From the NCBI GenBank assembly GCA_030602705.1, contig JAUVZF010000006.1, forward strand, positions 12,223-76,222: a stretch of 64,000 nucleotides of DNA. The letters run 5' to 3'. Every line of letters begins with the position of its first letter. Positions within the stretch are counted from its first letter, which is position 1. The notes under the pieces were generated by a model, which ran no database searches, was not told where the DNA came from, and was given only the letters and a program-made list of their open reading frames with translations. The stretch comes from Planctomycetota bacterium (lineage in GTDB: Bacteria > Planctomycetota > Phycisphaerae > FEN-1346). Positions 57,823-64,000 of the stretch are shown in pieces. A program made the translations under genes and the position numbers.

Positions 57823-58434
57823 CTACGGCCCGACGGTGCGGCGGGCCCTCATGTAGGCCATGATGTCTCCGGTGCTGCCGGTCTGGCGGGCCCGTTCGGC
57901 GAGACGCTGTGCCGCGCGACGAGGTGCATGAACACCGGCCGGTTTGGCGCTGGCCGTTGGCGGTGGCAGGGGCGACGGCGCGGGCGACGGGCCTGCCGAG
58001 GAGGCGACGCGAAGGTGTGGCTTCTCGTCAAGCAGGGCCTTTGCAAAGGCCGACAGATCCTCGGGCGGCTCACCGTTAATCAGGCGCTGCCGAGCCAGTG
58101 CGAGGACAGTCTCCGCATCGGCGCAGCCGGCCTTGACGAGTTCACGCTCCAAGTTGCGATCCCGCTCGAGATCGGCCAGCCGTGCGTCGAGCGCGTCGGC
58201 CTCTGCCCTGGCTCGGCTGAGTTCGGTCTGAAGGGCAACCTCTCGATCCTGCTGAGCCTGACGGAGGCCGTCGATTTCGGCCTCGAGGGCCTCGGCCCGG
58301 CGCTCCGCTTCCTGTGCACGGCGTCGGTACTTGATGCTCTCGCGAATAAGTGTCTGCGGCTCCTGCTGCCCCCCCGTTGCGACCGCAAGGTCGGGCTGGG
58401 GCTGGCCCTTCTGGGTTTGTGCTTCCGTGGACAT
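57823..58434 (-). CDS. Phage scaffolding protein (coiled-coil)
   Basis: GGAAGGAGGA RBS. Strongly helical Ala/Glu/Arg/Leu-rich repeats. Lies between the portal and capsid genes. Confidence 0.6.
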   Translation of the reverse strand: MSTEAQTQKGQPQPDLAVATGGQQEPQTLIRESIKYRRRAQEAERRAEALEAEIDGLRQAQQDREVALQTELSRARAEADALDARLADLERDRNLERELVKAGCADAETVLALARQRLINGEPPEDLSAFAKALLDEKPHLRVASSAGPSPAPSPLPPPTASAKPAGVHAPRRAAQRLAERARQTGSTGDIMAYMRARRTVGP

Positions 58435-58499
58435 CGTGTCCTCCTTCCAAGCAAACTTTGGTGCAGGTGTCCCGCCGCTCCCGCGGCGGGCTCGTTGGT

Positions 58500-60051
58500 T
58501 CAGGTCGCGTCGGGGTCGTAGCCGAGCTCGCGGAGGACCGTCTCGGCAGGGATGCCGAGTTCCCGCTTGGTCTGGGCCTGCTGGAGTCTTTCGGTGACGT
58601 TTTCGGGAATCGGGTCCGGCCAGTGGAGGCGTGTGGCCCGGTCCTCGGGGGCCGTCTTCAGGATGCCAAACCGGTCAAGCGCATCGAGGACGAGGCGGTT
58701 CGCCTCGGCCAGGCCGGCCCCGTACGTGACGCGCTTCCGCTCGAGCCGCGCCAGCGTTCCCATCAGGACGACCTTCAGGGCCGTGGCGCTGGTGAGGTTG
58801 CCGAGTTGGTCGCGCAGCAGTCCTGCCGCCAGCGGGGTCACGCCGCTTGTCTTGTCCATGGCCTGGCGGAGTTGGTCGATGTGGGCGTCTTCGCTGGGGC
58901 TTGCGGCGTCACCGCCGAACTCCTCAATCTCGGCATCGGGATTATCGGTAGCCCACATGCGGCCGGGGGCGATCGGGCGGTCCTCAAACCCCTCGAGACC
59001 CTTGCCGAGGTACATCTTGAAACTCTGGAACGTTACACGGTTGGCTCGGTCGGAGAGCCGCGTGTTGAGTTCGTCCTGAAGGGAGATGAGGGGTTCGACC
59101 TCACCGGTGCCCTCATAGTGCATGGGGTTGGCGAAGTTCTGGATGTGGACGACCGGCACGCGCCCGAGCGGGTTGGGTCCCTCGGCCACGATGGCGCCGT
59201 CCTCATACCGCTGCCACCAGGCGGGGCCGAGGATCTCGACGACCTCGACTTCTTCGGTCCGTCGTCCGCCGCGCCCGACCAGGCGTGCGAGGACGCCACC
59301 TTCTGCCAAGCGGTTGGCCTGGCGGTGGAACACCTGTATCCAGTACCGAAGATGCCGGTAGTTGTGCTCGTCGAGGACGGGCAGCACGCGCGGCGCCTCA
59401 ATGGCTTCGATCGAGACGACCCGGCCGGCGCGGAGAGCGGCGCGCGGATCCGAATTGGACGCGGAGGGGGGGCCGCTCTCGCTACCGGGGCGAACCTCGG
59501 CTGCGTCGCCGCTGTCCGGGCGCACGCGGATCACGAGGTCCACAAAACCATAGACGCCTCCCATGAGGGCTATTTCCTGGACGAGTGATACACCGCCGCT
59601 CGATTCCCAGACGGCCCCAAGCGCCTCCTCGATGCGTCGGGCGTCCTGCGGCCGGCGGGCCAGACTCTCGATCATGATAGGCTTTCCCGCCAGGAAGTGG
59701 ACGGCGGTGTCAATCCGCCAGCCGATGTCGTTCTCGATGACGACTTCTTTGCGCGTCAGGGCCGGCTGGGGCACGCCGGCACCGCCGTAACCGAGGTGTG
59801 ACCGGCCGGTGATCCGGGCCGGCAGGCCGAATTCCTGGGCTTGGTAGTACGGCCGCGAGGAGGCCTGCCAGTCCAAGTCGGACGTGGCTTGCGGGAGGCC
59901 CGCACCGAGAGGCGTCAGGTCGTTCTTGTAGTAGGCCCACAGGCGGCTGAAGTGGAGCGCCCGATCCGGCGCCTCTTCCCGGATGAGGTGCTCGATAAAC
60001 TCCTCATCGAGGTCGGAGTCGACGAAGTTCGTGAAGTCCAGTTTCATCATG
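58500..60051 (-). CDS. Phage portal protein
   Basis: MMKLDFTNFVDSDLDEEFIEHLIREEAPDRALHFSRLWAYYKND... is a portal-like N-terminus. 517 aa. ATGATG at 60051. The track's 105-aa upstream extension is non-coding-like. Confidence 0.7.
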
Positions 60052-61166
<1,115 letters not shown>

Positions 61167-61625
61167 ATGGGCAAGAACAAGCGGATTACGGTGACGGAGT
61201 TGAAGAAGGCGGTGGGACCGGACTTTGAGCGGTTGCTTGAGGAGACGGCCGGTGTCCTGAACAGCGCGCGGCGGGATGGAGCGATCATTGCCGACAGCGA
61301 GGAGGGAGCGGCCGGGCTGCTGGTCAAGATTCACGAGACGCGCAAGGCCGTCCGTTCGAGGCCGAAACGCCAGACCCTTAAGGCCCTGGAGCAGTATGTG
61401 GCCAAGCGGGCCGAGATGATGGATTACCCGACGTTCCGCGCCTGCGGCTTTGACATCGGCAGCGGTCCAACCGAGGCGTTCTGCAAGACGCTGACCGCCT
61501 GTCTCAAGAGCAGAGGTATGCGATGAGACAAGCCCAACGCCGAGGCAATCATGACCCTCGCCGCCCTCCAGCACAGCCACCTGTGGCACACCTACTGGAC
61601 CGCGCAACGAAAGGCCGCCGCCTGA
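61167..61625 (+). pseudogene. C-terminal remnant of an IS transposase (ISKra4-like/ISNCY-type C-terminal GMRW motif) with an in-frame TGA at the Trp position
   Basis: Single frame reads ...YPTFRACGFDIGSGPTEAFCKTLTACLKSRGMR*DKPNAEAIMTLAALQHSHLWHTYWTAQRKAAA*. The TGA at 61524..61526 sits where the conserved W of the ...SGMRW... motif is expected. Only about 150 C-terminal residues are present. Confidence 0.5.
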
Positions 61626-61674
61626 TGCCAGAAATCGTCGCCACGCCCGCACCGACCGCGACCGGCCAAATCAA

Positions 61675-62244
61675 TTGACCCGGCGGCCACGCGGCAGTAC
61701 CATCGAGGCTCTTGCGGGACGGGGTTTGTCGAGGGTTCGGTCCGGCGGGGGATTCTGTACGGTGGACCAAGTGGAGGCAGAAGCGAGGGATCCGGCGCAG
61801 CGCGGCGCGACGGCAGGACCCGCCTTGCTGCGAGCATCGGGCACCGAACGGCTGCTTCAAGGAGGCGTTCTGGTTATCCTGGCGGCAGCGCTGGCGCTGG
61901 GGTTGGCGCTCGAGCCCTCGCCGACAGGCACGGGCACGCACGGCGTCCTCGGGCTGCCGCCGTGTGGAATGCTGGCGGCGACCGGCCACCCCTGCCCGAC
62001 ATGTGGGGTGACGACGTCGTTCGTTCTGGCGACCCACGGAAGGTTCTACGACGCGCTCGTGAACCAGCCGTTCGGACTCATCTGTTTTCTGCTCGTGGTC
62101 GGCGGGATGTTGTTAACGGTGGCAACGCTCGTGACGGGGCGGAGTTGGGTCCCCATGCTGACGGTCTATGGCGTCTGCGTCCCGGCCGCCGTTTTGCTGG
62201 CACTCGCCCTGCTCTCGTGGGCGTATAAGTTGGCGACCATGTGA
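61675..62244 (+). CDS. DUF2752-family membrane protein
   Basis: GHPCPTCG motif and four hydrophobic segments. Start uncertain (ATG 61675 or GTG 61771). Confidence 0.55.
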   Translation: MTRRPRGSTIEALAGRGLSRVRSGGGFCTVDQVEAEARDPAQRGATAGPALLRASGTERLLQGGVLVILAAALALGLALEPSPTGTGTHGVLGLPPCGMLAATGHPCPTCGVTTSFVLATHGRFYDALVNQPFGLICFLLVVGGMLLTVATLVTGRSWVPMLTVYGVCVPAAVLLALALLSWAYKLATM

Positions 62245-62309
62245 GCCGATTTGCGCGGCCGGTGCCAAAACGGGGCGGTGAACTTGGCGCAAGGGGAGGC
62301 CAAGAGACA

Positions 62310-63035
62310 ATGCCGAGAGCAAAGACCCTGCAGCGCCCAAGGACGGTCGCCACAGCGACTCGCCTGCGCAGAGCGGCGGTGCTCCTGACGCTTGCGCTGG
62401 CGCTGACGGCGAGCGGTTGCGAGATCCCCGCGCAGTTCATCTCCTGGCTTATCGCGCCGCGGCATCCGAAGAAGATGGTTCAGGCCGAATACGAACTGAC
62501 GGCAGAGCGGCTGGCGATCGTGCTGTACGCGGGTACCGATATCCTGTTCACCTACCCCGCGACCCCGATCGAGGTGAGCCAAGCCCTCGTCCGCCAACTG
62601 GCCGGACACTGCAAGGACCGCGTCAAGAACGTCGTCCGCCCGGTCGAAGTGGTCCGGTGGCAGGAATCGAATCTCGAATGGCCGAACATGGCGCTGGAAG
62701 ACATCGCCAAGACGTTTCAGGCCGACACGCTCCTGTACGTCGAACTCGAACGCTACACCATGATCGAGGAGCGGTCGGCCAACCTGCTGCGCGGACGCGT
62801 CAGGGCACGCGTCCAGGTCGTCAAAGCCGACCCCAAAGGGGCTCTGACTTCGGGGGCGGGCCGCAACCCCGTTTACGAGACGACCATCGAGACGGTCTTC
62901 CCCGAGGATCGGCCGGTCGGCGTACTTGAAGTGAGCGAACGCAAACTCCGAGCGGCCGTGATACGAGTCTTTGCCCGGGACGTCATCCGGAAGTTCTACG
63001 ATCACGAGGTGAAAGACCAAGGGGGCAGGATGTGA
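62310..63035 (+). CDS. Lipoprotein (hypothetical), paralog 1
   Basis: GGGGAGG RBS. Lipobox LTASGC. Core ...EYELTAERLAIVLYAG... resembles the next gene. Confidence 0.65.
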   Translation: MPRAKTLQRPRTVATATRLRRAAVLLTLALALTASGCEIPAQFISWLIAPRHPKKMVQAEYELTAERLAIVLYAGTDILFTYPATPIEVSQALVRQLAGHCKDRVKNVVRPVEVVRWQESNLEWPNMALEDIAKTFQADTLLYVELERYTMIEERSANLLRGRVRARVQVVKADPKGALTSGAGRNPVYETTIETVFPEDRPVGVLEVSERKLRAAVIRVFARDVIRKFYDHEVKDQGGRM

Positions 63036-63736
63036 ACCGGCCCGTTCTCCGAAGGTCGCACACTCCTTGCGAGAGTCTGCGACAATACCTGGCGATATTG
63101 GCCATCCTGGCATTGGCTGCCGCCTGCGGCGCCGGATGCCAAGCGCTCGCCTACCTCCTTGTGAAGACGGTGGGGCCGTTTGTGCCCGAGAACGAACACA
63201 AGGCGGAGTACGACCTCACAGGCCGCAGCCTTGTGATCCTGGTGGACTTGAAGGACCCGCTGGTGGCGTCGGAGTTTCCGCGTCTGGCGATGTCGTTGGG
63301 GGACGAGATCGGCACGTTCCTCGCCGACCAGGAGGCCTGCGGTCCGGTTGTCTCGCAGCACAGCGTCGAGGCCGCGCGGCGGACGGAGCGCGGCTTCAAG
63401 CAATGGTCGGTGGCCCAGGTCGGCAAGTACTTCAACACCGACCTGGTGATGCACCTGGAGTTGTTCGAGTTTCGTCTCAAAGACAGTTCCAACTCCAACG
63501 TGTACCACGGCTACGGCGAAGCGGCGGTCCGGATCGTCAGCCCGGAGACGGGCGAGCAGGTGTGGCCGATGCTGGCGGCGGCCCGCGTGGTGACCGCCGA
63601 GGCAATGCCCGATGCCAGCGTGGACGACCCCGCTCGCCAGGAGACGATCCTCGTCGAGGGCTTCGCCGAGAAGATCGCCCGCCAGTTCTGCGTGTACAAA
63701 CTGTCGGAACAGCCCCTGCGGCCGAGGGTGAAGTAG
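63032..63736 (+). CDS. Lipoprotein (hypothetical), paralog 2
   Basis: GTGA overlap with the upstream gene. Lipobox LAAACG. Core ...EYDLTGRSLVILVDLK.... Confidence 0.65.
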   Translation: MNRPVLRRSHTPCESLRQYLAILAILALAAACGAGCQALAYLLVKTVGPFVPENEHKAEYDLTGRSLVILVDLKDPLVASEFPRLAMSLGDEIGTFLADQEACGPVVSQHSVEAARRTERGFKQWSVAQVGKYFNTDLVMHLELFEFRLKDSSNSNVYHGYGEAAVRIVSPETGEQVWPMLAAARVVTAEAMPDASVDDPARQETILVEGFAEKIARQFCVYKLSEQPLRPRVK

Positions 63737-63938
63737 CCGGCCGCTCGCCGGCAGCGCCTCGGCGCGGGCCTGACATGCCGAAACATGCGTCCTGCTCTAT
63801 AACACTTACGTCAATTTTGACCTCGCCGAAACGGTCAAATGCGCGTTTTTTTTGGCTCCGAGCCTTGATTCTGGGCCGTGAGGGGCGATTTGGCCTCAAA
63901 TGTTAAGATAGGTAAGGCAAAACGCGCTGGTTTTTGAT

Positions 63939-64000
63939 CCGTTTTTGCGATTTATGTGTCCGTTTTTGTCCGTTTTTGTTCCGTTTTGTTCCGTTTTTGA
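63939..64000. repeat. T-rich tandem/iteron-like repeats (TCCGTTTTTG(T) x5 plus related TGGTTTTTGA) in a low-GC stretch at the window edge
   Basis: Seen directly. GC drops sharply after about 63780. The repeats run off the window end. Confidence 0.7.

Overview
GC-rich (~65-68%) bacterial chromosomal segment. Frequent lipobox lipoproteins, TPR/vWA proteins and ExbB/ExbD clusters suggest a Planctomycetota-like or similar organism, but this is inference only. Many long six-frame ORFs are antisense artefacts of real genes and were discarded. One real gene (a TPR protein on the minus strand at 1..2736) is absent from the ORF track because it runs off the window edge.

Gene content from left to right:
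- 1..9780: a minus-strand operon of a large TPR protein, three ExbD paralogs, ExbB/TolQ, a TPR protein, and a zinc-ribbon vWA protein, followed by a second vWA paralog, with a divergently oriented lipoprotein in between.
- 10126..12493: ribulokinase (araB) and a small SAM-methyltransferase flanked by ~30-bp imperfect direct repeats.
- 12600..13880: a lower-GC islet with a four-helix-bundle (Avd/23S-IVS family) gene embedded in AGATCT-centred repeats, plus an 84-aa basic ORF.
- 14085..16396: a hypothetical protein, a polytopic membrane protein and a spermidine-synthase-like gene.
- 16859..25813: a 2984-aa cyclic beta-1,2-glucan synthase (Cgs/NdvB-like).
- 26046..30784: a Tat cysteine-rich protein, then a GH2 glycosidase / TPR / EFR1-type ferredoxin / membrane-protein operon.
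- 30992..33087: a LarA-like protein and SirC.
- 33125..36780: an incomplete rnfC-rnfD-rnfG cluster coupled to scpB.
- 37196..38383: a tandem NDK-domain protein.
- 38693..45941: a CreD-like membrane protein, paralogous lipoprotein pairs, and an NfeD-flotillin-PH-domain operon.
- 45981..46805: a sugar-phosphate isomerase.

The most unusual locus is 46961..61625. It holds a host-GC, phage-derived structural module: portal, scaffold, major capsid, adaptor and tail proteins including LamG and Gly-rich fibre-like proteins, and four small membrane/lipoprotein genes. There is no terminase, integrase, replication or lysin gene. Upstream of the portal lies a ~1.1-kb A-poor non-coding region and a nonsense-mutated IS transposase remnant. 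The window ends in a low-GC stretch with T-rich iteron-like tandem repeats.
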